Translations under genes and position numbers: made by a program | Origin: Promethearchaeota archaeon | GTDB lineage: Archaea > Asgardarchaeota > Lokiarchaeia > Sigyniarchaeales > SOKP01 | Length of the DNA: 16,984 bases | Assembly: GCA_008080735.1 (NCBI GenBank) | Contig: SHMW01000091.1 | Span: forward strand, 1-16,984 | Direction of reading: 5' to 3' | Notes under the pieces: model-generated | The model's input: only the letters and a program-made list of their open reading frames with translations | Told to the model about the DNA's origin: nothing | Databases searched by the model: none | Shown: positions 1 to 7,782 of the stretch, piece by piece | How positions within the stretch are numbered: the first letter of the stretch is position 1 | Layout of the letters: every line of letters begins with the position of its first letter

Positions 1-398
1 TCCCCCGAGTCTTCTACGTAGTTAAACTCGATTTCAAGCTGAGAATAGAAACTCTCCTCAAAATCGGCTAAATAGGTGTGGTTAAAGGCGCCTAGTAATT
101 TCAACTCGGAATAGCTTGAGAGAGGCGCATAAGAATAATTCAAAATTACTGTAATTTGGTCGAATACATCCAATAAGCCGTCTTGGACGTATAGATCTGT
201 AATGGTGATTTGGTTGGAAAACTCGTCCAGGGTGATAGTAAAATTCTCATTTTCGGTTAATATTTCATCTTCAAACGTTTGGGTAAGTCCTACCACACTA
301 AACAGACTTAGATTGACAAAATCATTTGTGAGGGTGAGATTCCCAATATCAAAGGTATGTGTGTATTCGTCCGTATTTTCGTAAATTATAAATAACGA
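1..398 (-). CDS. Partial open frame (runs off left edge) for an acidic, beta-rich, probably extracellular glycoprotein; start uncertain, possibly a pseudogene
   Basis: Manual translation of the minus strand shows 132 stop-free codons (…ENTDEYTHTFDIGNLTLTNDFVNLSLF…NFTITLDEF…LNYSYAPL…FNHTYLADFEESFY…) with five N-x-S/T sequons. There is no in-frame ATG after the TGA-TAA stops at 404-399. Not in the ORF track. Confidence 0.55.
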
Positions 399-442
399 TT
401 ATCATATAAATATGAGAAACCAGAAATCCTTTTTTTTCATCT

Positions 443-457
443 CATAAACATTTAAAA
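443..457 (+). promoter_or_regulatory. Putative BRE/TATA-like promoter of coiled-coil gene 1
   Basis: CATAAACATTTAAAA, 14/15 identical to 1584-1598 upstream of the paralog; TTTAAA TATA-like core about 95 nt before the ATG. Confidence 0.45.
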
Positions 458-545
458 ATTAGAATGGAATATAGATCGTTAGAAAAGATTATAATTAAAA
501 CCCATAATCTTATTTGTAGTTAACTCGGTGAAGAGGTGAAAAGGA

Positions 546-1394
546 ATGAGTATAGATTGGGACAAGGTTGAATCAAGCCCTAATTCAAAAGTAAAATTAG
601 TAGGAAAGGATTTATTAGAGCTAAAAAACAAAATCGCTGACCTCGAAGAGGATAATTTTAAAAAGGAGGAGCAAACACTAAAGTTACAAGAGAAACTTGC
701 AACTACAGAACGTTCATTCAAAGATATCATTAATAAGGCGACTCAGACTGAAAAGAATTTGAAAATCAAGATTTCCGCCTTACAAGAGAAGTTAAGTGCT
801 GCAGAGAGCCAGATAGAAAAGCAAGGAAGAAGATTGGCAAACCTTATGGGAAGCTCTATTGATATTATGAGTGAGGCACCTTCGGGTGATGAGCCAGTAA
901 ATCCTTATATAAAAGGGTTCGACAGCATATTCAATGAATTTAATTCCCTAAGAAAAGACGTGGAACAAATACGATTAACTCACCGCAATGAATTTAAGAT
1001 TAATAAACATGAAATCTCGCAGGTAAATGATCGCTTAGATAACCTTATTGGAACGTTTGAAGAGACCATACCTGAAACGAATAAGGAAATTGAACGATTG
1101 AAAGAAGAGTTAAAGGTTAAGGATAAACAAATCAAAGTGACGAAAGAAAATTTGGATGAGGCGATCTTAAGTAAGGATCAAATCATTCAGAAATTAGAAA
1201 GTGATTTGGAAGCAAAGATCGAAGAGATAAATGAGTTGAATAGCACTGTGGATGCTTTATATACGCAAATATCAGAATTCAAGAATACTCCAAAAGTGAT
1301 TGGAAAAATCATTGATGCGGTAAAGCATAAAGGATCCATAAGCGATAAAGAATTGGAAAAGATTTTAGAAAAAGGGATGAAAAAATATCAATAA
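546..1394 (+). CDS. Coiled-coil protein, paralog 1 (282 aa): IDWxK head, two coiled-coil segments split by a Pro/Gly linker, HKGxISDKE tail
   Basis: K/E/L-rich heptad-like sequence; SD-like GAGGTGA at 533-539; about 48% identical (manual count 136/282) to 1682..2530. No Walker A motif, so not an SMC ATPase. Confidence 0.85.
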   Translation: MSIDWDKVESSPNSKVKLVGKDLLELKNKIADLEEDNFKKEEQTLKLQEKLATTERSFKDIINKATQTEKNLKIKISALQEKLSAAESQIEKQGRRLANLMGSSIDIMSEAPSGDEPVNPYIKGFDSIFNEFNSLRKDVEQIRLTHRNEFKINKHEISQVNDRLDNLIGTFEETIPETNKEIERLKEELKVKDKQIKVTKENLDEAILSKDQIIQKLESDLEAKIEEINELNSTVDALYTQISEFKNTPKVIGKIIDAVKHKGSISDKELEKILEKGMKKYQ

Positions 1395-1583
1395 TTTTTC
1401 TTATTTTCAATTGATCAATGAGTAAAACCCTAGAAAAGTATAAATCTACTATTTAATATTTCAGCTTCTTTTATTTATACAGATTTTCCTTGGCGATCCC
1501 ATTATGGTATTATATAATTACACAGTAAATCCGTCTGCATATATCAATGATATTATGGTCTGATGAAGATATCGAATATCAAC

Positions 1584-1598
1584 CATAAAAATTTAAAA
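1584..1598 (+). promoter_or_regulatory. Putative BRE/TATA-like promoter of coiled-coil gene 2
   Basis: CATAAAAATTTAAAA matches 443-457 and lies about 90 nt before the GTG at 1682. Confidence 0.45.
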
Positions 1599-1681
1599 GT
1601 GGTAATTCAATATTTAGATTTTATAGATTGTTTGAGTTTCTATAGATTTATTAATTAAAAACACATTCGGTGAGGAAGATA

Positions 1682-2530
1682 GTGACCATAGATTGGAATA
1701 AGGCATTAGCAAGACCAAATAGTAAACAAAAAGTCGAAGGAAAAAATCTGCTTAAATTAAAGGAAGAAATGGAAAGATTAGAAGCCAAATTAGAAGATTC
1801 TGAAGAGAGATTTGGATTGGCTAAGGAAAAATATGAAGCAACCGAAGAATCGTTTAGAGAAATCATTGATAGAGCCAGTCAAAAAGAAAAAAACCTAACT
1901 TCAAGAATAGAATCATTAAAAGCAAAATTAGAGGATAAACAAACACTACTGAAGGAAAAAAAGAAAGAGCTGGAATATTATATAGGTCCGGCTAATGATA
2001 CCCAAAAGAAACCCCCAATAAAATCTCCGAGAAAAGAGATATCATCAAATTCTTTTGCGAAAATAGGAGAAGAGATTGAAGAATTGAAATATGAGATGGG
2101 GCGGATTAAGGCACGAACTAAAAATGAATTAATGATCGATAAGATGGAAATCTCTCAGATTAACAATCGGTTAGATAACCTCATTGAAAACATAGACAAG
2201 ACAATCCCAGAAACAAATAAAGAGATTGAACGATTGAAAGAAGAATTGAAGGTAAAGGATAAACAGATCAAAATCACTAAAAAAGATCTGAACAGATCCA
2301 TTATTAGTAAAGATAAGATAATCAGCAAATTAGAGAGTGATTTAGAGGCCAAGATTGCAGAAATTAGTGACCTCAATAATACAATTGATGCACTTTATAC
2401 ACAGATTAATAAGACAAAAACGATTCCAAAATTAGTCAAGAACATTATTGATATAATGGAACATAAGGGATATATCAGTGATAAGGAATTTGAAAAATTG
2501 CTGGAAAAAGAATTGACCTCCGTACCGTGA
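1682..2530 (+). CDS. Coiled-coil protein, paralog 2 (282 aa from the revised GTG start)
   Basis: The ORF track starts at 1670, but GGTGAGG (1669-1675) is an SD spaced for the GTG at 1682. That start gives MTIDWNK, matching MSIDWDK of paralog 1, and an identical 849-nt length. Confidence 0.85.
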   Translation: MTIDWNKALARPNSKQKVEGKNLLKLKEEMERLEAKLEDSEERFGLAKEKYEATEESFREIIDRASQKEKNLTSRIESLKAKLEDKQTLLKEKKKELEYYIGPANDTQKKPPIKSPRKEISSNSFAKIGEEIEELKYEMGRIKARTKNELMIDKMEISQINNRLDNLIENIDKTIPETNKEIERLKEELKVKDKQIKITKKDLNRSIISKDKIISKLESDLEAKIAEISDLNNTIDALYTQINKTKTIPKLVKNIIDIMEHKGYISDKEFEKLLEKELTSVP

Positions 2531-2531
2531 A

Positions 2532-2564
2532 TTTTCACATTTTATTACTTCTTTTGTTTTTTTT
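2532..2564 (+). terminator. Putative archaeal oligo-T terminator after coiled-coil gene 2
   Basis: Several T tracts (TTTT…CTTTTGTTTTTTTT) directly after the stop codon. Confidence 0.4.
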
Positions 2565-2681
2565 ATATCAGATTTCCTACTTGAACCATATTTGGAATGA
2601 AAGGGGATAAACTGAACGTTCTTTTCAATTTAATGCTCTCAAAAGCTTAAAATGATTTAAAAATTTCTATATATTGTAGAA

Positions 2682-3368
2682 ATGAAACGAAGTAAAATTA
2701 ATGACGTGATGAGACAAGCGGTTGATTTTTTTGAGGAGCAGAAATTCTTTTTACCAGAGTTTGCGTTTTGGAAATTAGAAGATTGGAAGAGTCGAGGAGA
2801 AGAGATCAAGGAAATAATTGATAATCAATTGGGGTGGGATATCACTGACTATGGAAGCGGGAATTTTTCCGATTTTGGATTGATTCATTTTACTCTAAGA
2901 AATGGAAATTTTGCAGATATTCCAAAGGGGGCAAAACCTTATTGTGAGAAAGTGATGATTATGGAGGAGGGACAAGTAATTCCCATGCATCATCATAATC
3001 AAAAAATAGAGGATATCATAAACCGCGGAGGCGGAATTTTATCTATTCAACTATATAATACAACTAATGATAATCAGTTAGCTGAAACTCCTGTCGTGGT
3101 ATTTTGCGATGGAATTAAAAATGAATTAGAGTCAGGAAGCGTAGTAAACTTAAAACCCGGAGACTCAATCACCATTAAGCCCGAACATTATCATAAATTT
3201 TGGTGTAAGGAAGGAAGCGGCAGAGTTTTAATCGGAGAGGTCTCAAGCGTGAATGATGATTATAGGGATAATGTGTTCTTAAAAAAAATCGAACGCTTTA
3301 TAGAAATTGAAGAGGATGAGGAACCGCTATATTTACTATATGATGATTATGAGAAATTTTTAGAATAA
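2682..3368 (+). CDS. D-lyxose/D-mannose family sugar isomerase (cupin, DUF1498-type)
   Basis: MKRSxIN start, GWDITDYG, FTLRNG, PYCEK, PMHxHxxKxEDIINRGGG metal motif, HKFW, GEVSSVNDD. Confidence 0.9.
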   Translation: MKRSKINDVMRQAVDFFEEQKFFLPEFAFWKLEDWKSRGEEIKEIIDNQLGWDITDYGSGNFSDFGLIHFTLRNGNFADIPKGAKPYCEKVMIMEEGQVIPMHHHNQKIEDIINRGGGILSIQLYNTTNDNQLAETPVVVFCDGIKNELESGSVVNLKPGDSITIKPEHYHKFWCKEGSGRVLIGEVSSVNDDYRDNVFLKKIERFIEIEEDEEPLYLLYDDYEKFLE

Positions 3369-3437
3369 AAATAAGTAGATCTTTAAGCATAGTGTTAAAA
3401 TAATAGAATTAAAATTTCTATAAAGATTTGTTATTTC

Positions 3438-5414
3438 ATGTTAAAAAGAACTCGTCTAGCTCCATATAATAAATTATCTTCTATTTCATATAATCATATA
3501 AAAATTACCGACTTGTTCTGGTCTAAAAGACAAGAGATAAATAAAGATATTTCTCTCCCATTGATGCTTGAAAAATTAGAAGAAGATCATCATATCGATA
3601 ATTTTCGGGTTGCCGCAGGACTGAAGAAAGGTATTCATTTGGGTGATTTCTATTTTGATTCAGATCTCTATAAATGGCTAGAAGGTGCATTATATTTTCA
3701 TCAAATATTTTCTTTACCCACCAAAATAAGTTCCCAAATTAAGGAGATTATTGGATTGATAGAAAAATCTCAATTGAAGGATGGGTATCTGAACACATTT
3801 TACACACTTAATTTTTTACAGAAGCGCTTTACTAATTTTTTAATTTTTCACGAATTATATTGCGCTGGTCATTTAATTGAAGCGGCTCTGGCAGAAGCCA
3901 ATCTTACAAATAATGGTATCCTTCTAAAAGTAGCCATAAGATTTACCAATTTATTAGTTAACAAAATTCTAAATAATGATCTTCGAGATACCGCGGGCCA
4001 TCCTGAGATCGAATTAGCTTTGATTAGACTTTATCGAAAAACAAAAAATAAAGACTATCTAAATTTGTGTGATCATCTAATTAAAGAGAGGGGAAATATC
4101 CCACATCTTAGAACATATGTTATGAGAAGATTAATAGATGCTGTAAAGACTTTTGGAGAAAGTAGAAAAATAAGACAACACTATTTAGATAATAATGAGA
4201 TTGAGAGGATTGAAAAGGAGGAAGCTGCTGAATTTTTAGAAGGTTTAACGCCTAGAGATTGGCTCATTTTTCTTAGGCAAAACCTTAATGGTAAGCAATA
4301 TCAGCTCAATACACCTATACGTGAAGCGTATAATCCCGTGGGACATGCTGTTAGAGCATTGTATTTATATTCTGGAGCCGCGGATCTTTATTCGGAAACA
4401 GGAGATGAGTCTTTATTAGATGCAATGGAATTATTATGGTTAAAAATGGTGAAAGGTAAAATATATATTACCGGTGGAACGGGTTCCGTGAAAGCTATCG
4501 AAGGTTTCGGTAAGGATTTTCAGTTATCTCTCGAAAATTCATATTCAGAGACATGTGCAGCCATTGCAAATATTATGTGGAACTGGAGATTGCTTCTTAT
4601 AACAAAAAAGTGCAAATACGCGGATCTTATAGAAAGATTACTATATAATGCTATGCTCCCGGGACAATCCTTAGATGGGAGAAAATATTTTTATGTGAAT
4701 CCTATGATCTCCAATGGAGAGCATACGAGAAAAGAATGGTTTAAATGTCCGTGCTGCCCAACTAATTATATACGATTCATTCCACAGATAGGGAAATATA
4801 TTTATTCTATTTCAGAAAATGATATTTGGATTCATCAATATATAGGAAATGAAGCAGAGATTCCATCAAATTCAGGGCAGTCAACTAAAATTATTCAAAA
4901 AAGTGAATTTCCGTGGGATGGAAAAGTTTCTCTCCAGATAATCAACGATGGGGTAGAAAAATTTTCTCTCTACCTTAGAATTCCAGACTGGTGTGAAAAT
5001 CCAACAATCTATATGAATGACGAGAAGATTACCAAAAATTTAATTCCTGGTGCATATTTTCGGTTAGAGAATAAGTGGAATAACGGAGACTTAGTTGTAT
5101 TAGACTTACCAATGAAACCACTGCTGCATTCAGATAAATTAAATAGAAAAGAAACTAAAGGGAAAAAGTATATTCAATACGGTCCATTAATATATTGTGT
5201 GGAGGAAGTTGATAATCAAGATTTACAATTTTCGCGTTTAAAAATAGCAAAAGAATCAGATTTAGAGAATGTCTATAAAAAATCGATATTAGGAGGAATG
5301 ACGATTCTTAGAGGTAAAACAACTTCTGGAAGAGTTTTCACAGCGATACCGTATTTTGCATGGTGTAATAGGAAGCCAACGAAAATGCGTGTATGGATCA
5401 ATTCGGAAGATTAA
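3438..5414 (+). CDS. Glycoside hydrolase family 127 (beta-L-arabinofuranosidase-like, HypBA1 type)
   Basis: DSDLYKWLEG, HELYCAGHLIEA, GHPEIELAL, GHAVRALYL, ETCAAIAN and CPCCP (Zn/Cys nucleophile site), IPYFAWCNR; no signal peptide. Confidence 0.92.
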   Translation: MLKRTRLAPYNKLSSISYNHIKITDLFWSKRQEINKDISLPLMLEKLEEDHHIDNFRVAAGLKKGIHLGDFYFDSDLYKWLEGALYFHQIFSLPTKISSQIKEIIGLIEKSQLKDGYLNTFYTLNFLQKRFTNFLIFHELYCAGHLIEAALAEANLTNNGILLKVAIRFTNLLVNKILNNDLRDTAGHPEIELALIRLYRKTKNKDYLNLCDHLIKERGNIPHLRTYVMRRLIDAVKTFGESRKIRQHYLDNNEIERIEKEEAAEFLEGLTPRDWLIFLRQNLNGKQYQLNTPIREAYNPVGHAVRALYLYSGAADLYSETGDESLLDAMELLWLKMVKGKIYITGGTGSVKAIEGFGKDFQLSLENSYSETCAAIANIMWNWRLLLITKKCKYADLIERLLYNAMLPGQSLDGRKYFYVNPMISNGEHTRKEWFKCPCCPTNYIRFIPQIGKYIYSISENDIWIHQYIGNEAEIPSNSGQSTKIIQKSEFPWDGKVSLQIINDGVEKFSLYLRIPDWCENPTIYMNDEKITKNLIPGAYFRLENKWNNGDLVVLDLPMKPLLHSDKLNRKETKGKKYIQYGPLIYCVEEVDNQDLQFSRLKIAKESDLENVYKKSILGGMTILRGKTTSGRVFTAIPYFAWCNRKPTKMRVWINSED

Positions 5415-5449
5415 ATATTAAGCCTCATTTTTTATATCCGTTTTTTATA

Positions 5450-6877
5450 TTAGTGTCGATGATGATTATAATGGTCCAGAAATTCTTTATATTCACACAA
5501 CTTCCTTAATGCTTTAGATGCTAAGTCGACAGACTCAAATACAGGGATTCCAGCAGCGAACAATGCTTTTTTGAAGGCTATTCGTTCTCGAAAATCTTCG
5601 AGATTATCTCGTATTTTAGGAGTAATACATATTAATGGTTTTTTCATTTGGTTTTTAGCTTGTATGATGGCATCGCTAAATGGTTTAGTTAGATAATATG
5701 GTTTGATAAAAATAACGCAAGATATATTGGGATCGGTATCTAAAGTTATTAAGGATTTTGCGAACACGTTTGGCATTAATCCATTACCTCCCAGATCTAA
5801 AGGATTGGTAAAAATCGTATTGACCGCTGGTAAAAATTGCTGGTATTGTTCCTTTGTATAATTTGATAAAGTCGGAATCATTAATCCATTTAATTCCATC
5901 TGTTCCGTTAATTCTATGGATGTTCCTCCGCCAACCGCAATAATTCCTAACTTGTCTCTCTCAATTTTCTTGTAATCGATATATTTAAAAGCCATTGCTA
6001 AACTTACTAATTCTAGGGTATTGTTCACCAATAAAGTACCCGTTTGCTTTGCCATATCCTTCCATAGTTTATGAGATCCTGCCATCCCTCCTGTGTGAGA
6101 TAAAATCGCCTCCTTGGCAGACTCTCCGTATCCAACTTTCCATAGGATTATTGGTTTACCACTCAGACAGATTTGCTTTAAGAGTTCAATGAATTTTTTT
6201 CCTTCGCGGGAATTTTTGACTTTAAGATTTTCCAGGTAAAGTCCTATAATTTTAGTCTGGGTATCCTCGTTAAAATATTCTAAAAAATCGATGACATTCA
6301 AATCAATCTGATTTCCTATGGAAATTGCCTTACTAATATAGGTGGAATAGCTATGGATTGCCGTGTTGGTAATATTGATTGAAAGACCTCCAGATTGACT
6401 AATAAGACCAAAAGAACCAGGGTATGCGGTTTGCCACCGACTTACGGACAATCTTGCTTTGGGATTATAAACTCCCAGACAATTAGGTCCAATAATTCTT
6501 ACATTATACTTCTCTGCGATACTTAATACTTGATTTTCTAGGGTTTTTTTACCCACTTCTGAAAATCCTGAGGAAAAAATTGTTGCATAAGGTACCCTTT
6601 TTTCTCCTACTTCTTGTAAGATTTTAGGACATTTTTCTGCGGGAACTGCGATAATCACATAATCAATCGTTTCATTTTCCTCCACCTCCAAAATTGAACC
6701 ATAAACTCTGTGATCAAAAATAGTTTTACCTTTCAATCTTGGATTGAATAAGTAAATGGGTCTTTCAAAACCAATCGATTCTAAGCAATTAAGAAAATAG
6801 CCGCCACCATATGGTTTTTCATTTACTCCTATGATTCCTACCGCTTTAGGATTGAATAATCTCTCGAATTTACTCAT
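5450..6877 (-). CDS. Acetate/acyl-CoA ligase (ADP-forming) alpha-subunit-like CoA-binding protein
   Basis: LFNPKAVGIIG CoA-binding start, IIGPNCLG, ISQSGG, SIGNQIDL, SHTGGMAG (phospho-His), NPLDLGG; no ATP-grasp domain. Confidence 0.88.
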   Translation of the reverse strand: MSKFERLFNPKAVGIIGVNEKPYGGGYFLNCLESIGFERPIYLFNPRLKGKTIFDHRVYGSILEVEENETIDYVIIAVPAEKCPKILQEVGEKRVPYATIFSSGFSEVGKKTLENQVLSIAEKYNVRIIGPNCLGVYNPKARLSVSRWQTAYPGSFGLISQSGGLSINITNTAIHSYSTYISKAISIGNQIDLNVIDFLEYFNEDTQTKIIGLYLENLKVKNSREGKKFIELLKQICLSGKPIILWKVGYGESAKEAILSHTGGMAGSHKLWKDMAKQTGTLLVNNTLELVSLAMAFKYIDYKKIERDKLGIIAVGGGTSIELTEQMELNGLMIPTLSNYTKEQYQQFLPAVNTIFTNPLDLGGNGLMPNVFAKSLITLDTDPNISCVIFIKPYYLTKPFSDAIIQAKNQMKKPLICITPKIRDNLEDFRERIAFKKALFAAGIPVFESVDLASKALRKLCEYKEFLDHYNHHRH

Positions 6878-6945
6878 TAATATTCTTATAAATTGATTAC
6901 AAATTTAATAATAACAATAACACGAAAGAGAATCTTAGATCTTTA

Positions 6946-7494
6946 TTAAGGAATAGCACTTTCTTCACGAGGGTAAATATATTTCTCAAATAAAATATCG
7001 GTCATATTGGTGAACGCCTCTTCTACATTTTGACCTGTTTTCGAGGAAAGCTCTATAAAGGCCGCAAGATTATATTTTTTTGCTGCTTGAATTCCCTCCT
7101 CTCTGGAAACTTCCCGATAAGGATCAAGATCAAGTTTGGCGCCAACAAGTATAATTGGGATATCACCTGCATTCTCACGAATTATACTCGTCCATTCTGG
7201 AAGATGTTCGAGGGTTATGTGTTTTGTTATATCATAGAGAAAGAGAGCACCATTTGCACCCCTACAGTATTGAGGGAGTAAAAATCTGAATCGTTCTTCT
7301 CCTCCAAAATCCCAGATTTGATATTTCACTTTCTTTCCTTTAAATTCTGTAGTTTTGCTAAAAAAATCTACTCCAATTGTGAGTTTTAAGTCTTCTAAAA
7401 AAGATCCCGAAATATATCTTATCGTAAGGGACGTTTTCCCGACCGCTGCGTCTCCAACCATTAAAATTTTGAATGTATAATCGAAGTCTACCAC
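6946..7494 (-). CDS. Rab-like small GTPase (Ras superfamily, Asgard type)
   Basis: FKILMVGDAAVGKT (G1), TIGVDF (G2/RabF1-like), IWDFGGEERFR (G3), YCRGA, GAKLD (G4), ELSSKTG (G5); no C-terminal Cys. Confidence 0.92.
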   Translation of the reverse strand: MVDFDYTFKILMVGDAAVGKTSLTIRYISGSFLEDLKLTIGVDFFSKTTEFKGKKVKYQIWDFGGEERFRFLLPQYCRGANGALFLYDITKHITLEHLPEWTSIIRENAGDIPIILVGAKLDLDPYREVSREEGIQAAKKYNLAAFIELSSKTGQNVEEAFTNMTDILFEKYIYPREESAIP

Positions 7495-7782
7495 AAATAA
7501 AACCCCAATCGTTTTTTAGAGAGATTATTAGATTAGATCAAAGGACCTCTTGATTTTAGAGACCTTTCTATTTTTAATTAAATGGAACAATATAATTTCT
7601 TATAATTATTATTAAATTTTGCAGCAATAAAAACTTATTATAGTCAATACTGTTCAAATTCATTAATTTTTTGGTGAATCTGTTTCAAAATATCCCAATT
7701 AGATTTGTTCTTTTAGGAATTGTGATAAATGATTAGAAGAGCTCCATCTTTTATCTCTTATTTATCAATTATTTTAATTTCT

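Noticed and set aside
202-384. 60-aa plus-strand ORF
   Set aside because: Antisense to the longer, more protein-like minus-strand frame at 1..398.
1553-1588. Hammerhead ribozyme or C/D-box sRNA suggested by CTGATGA flanked by stems
   Set aside because: No GAAA or stem III after the inner stem, and no suitably placed downstream CTGA D box.
1615-1648. Three TAGATT copies upstream of paralog 2
   Set aside because: Short, irregularly spaced and expected by chance in AT-rich DNA.
479-2376. Minus-strand ORFs 479..730, 1651..1866 and 2155..2376; the first two resemble each other
   Set aside because: Antisense shadows of the coiled-coil genes; their similarity and S/L/F-rich composition follow from the sense-strand paralogy.
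546-2530. Annotation as SMC, ESCRT-III or tropomyosin
   Set aside because: No Walker motifs or hinge, no recognisable Snf7 pattern, and internal prolines with distinct termini; similarity to tropomyosin length alone is not evidence of homology.
3974-3982. 9-nt match (TAATGATCT) to the start of the TnpB guide within the GH127 gene
   Set aside because: Too short to be significant in AT-rich sequence, and the TAM is unknown.
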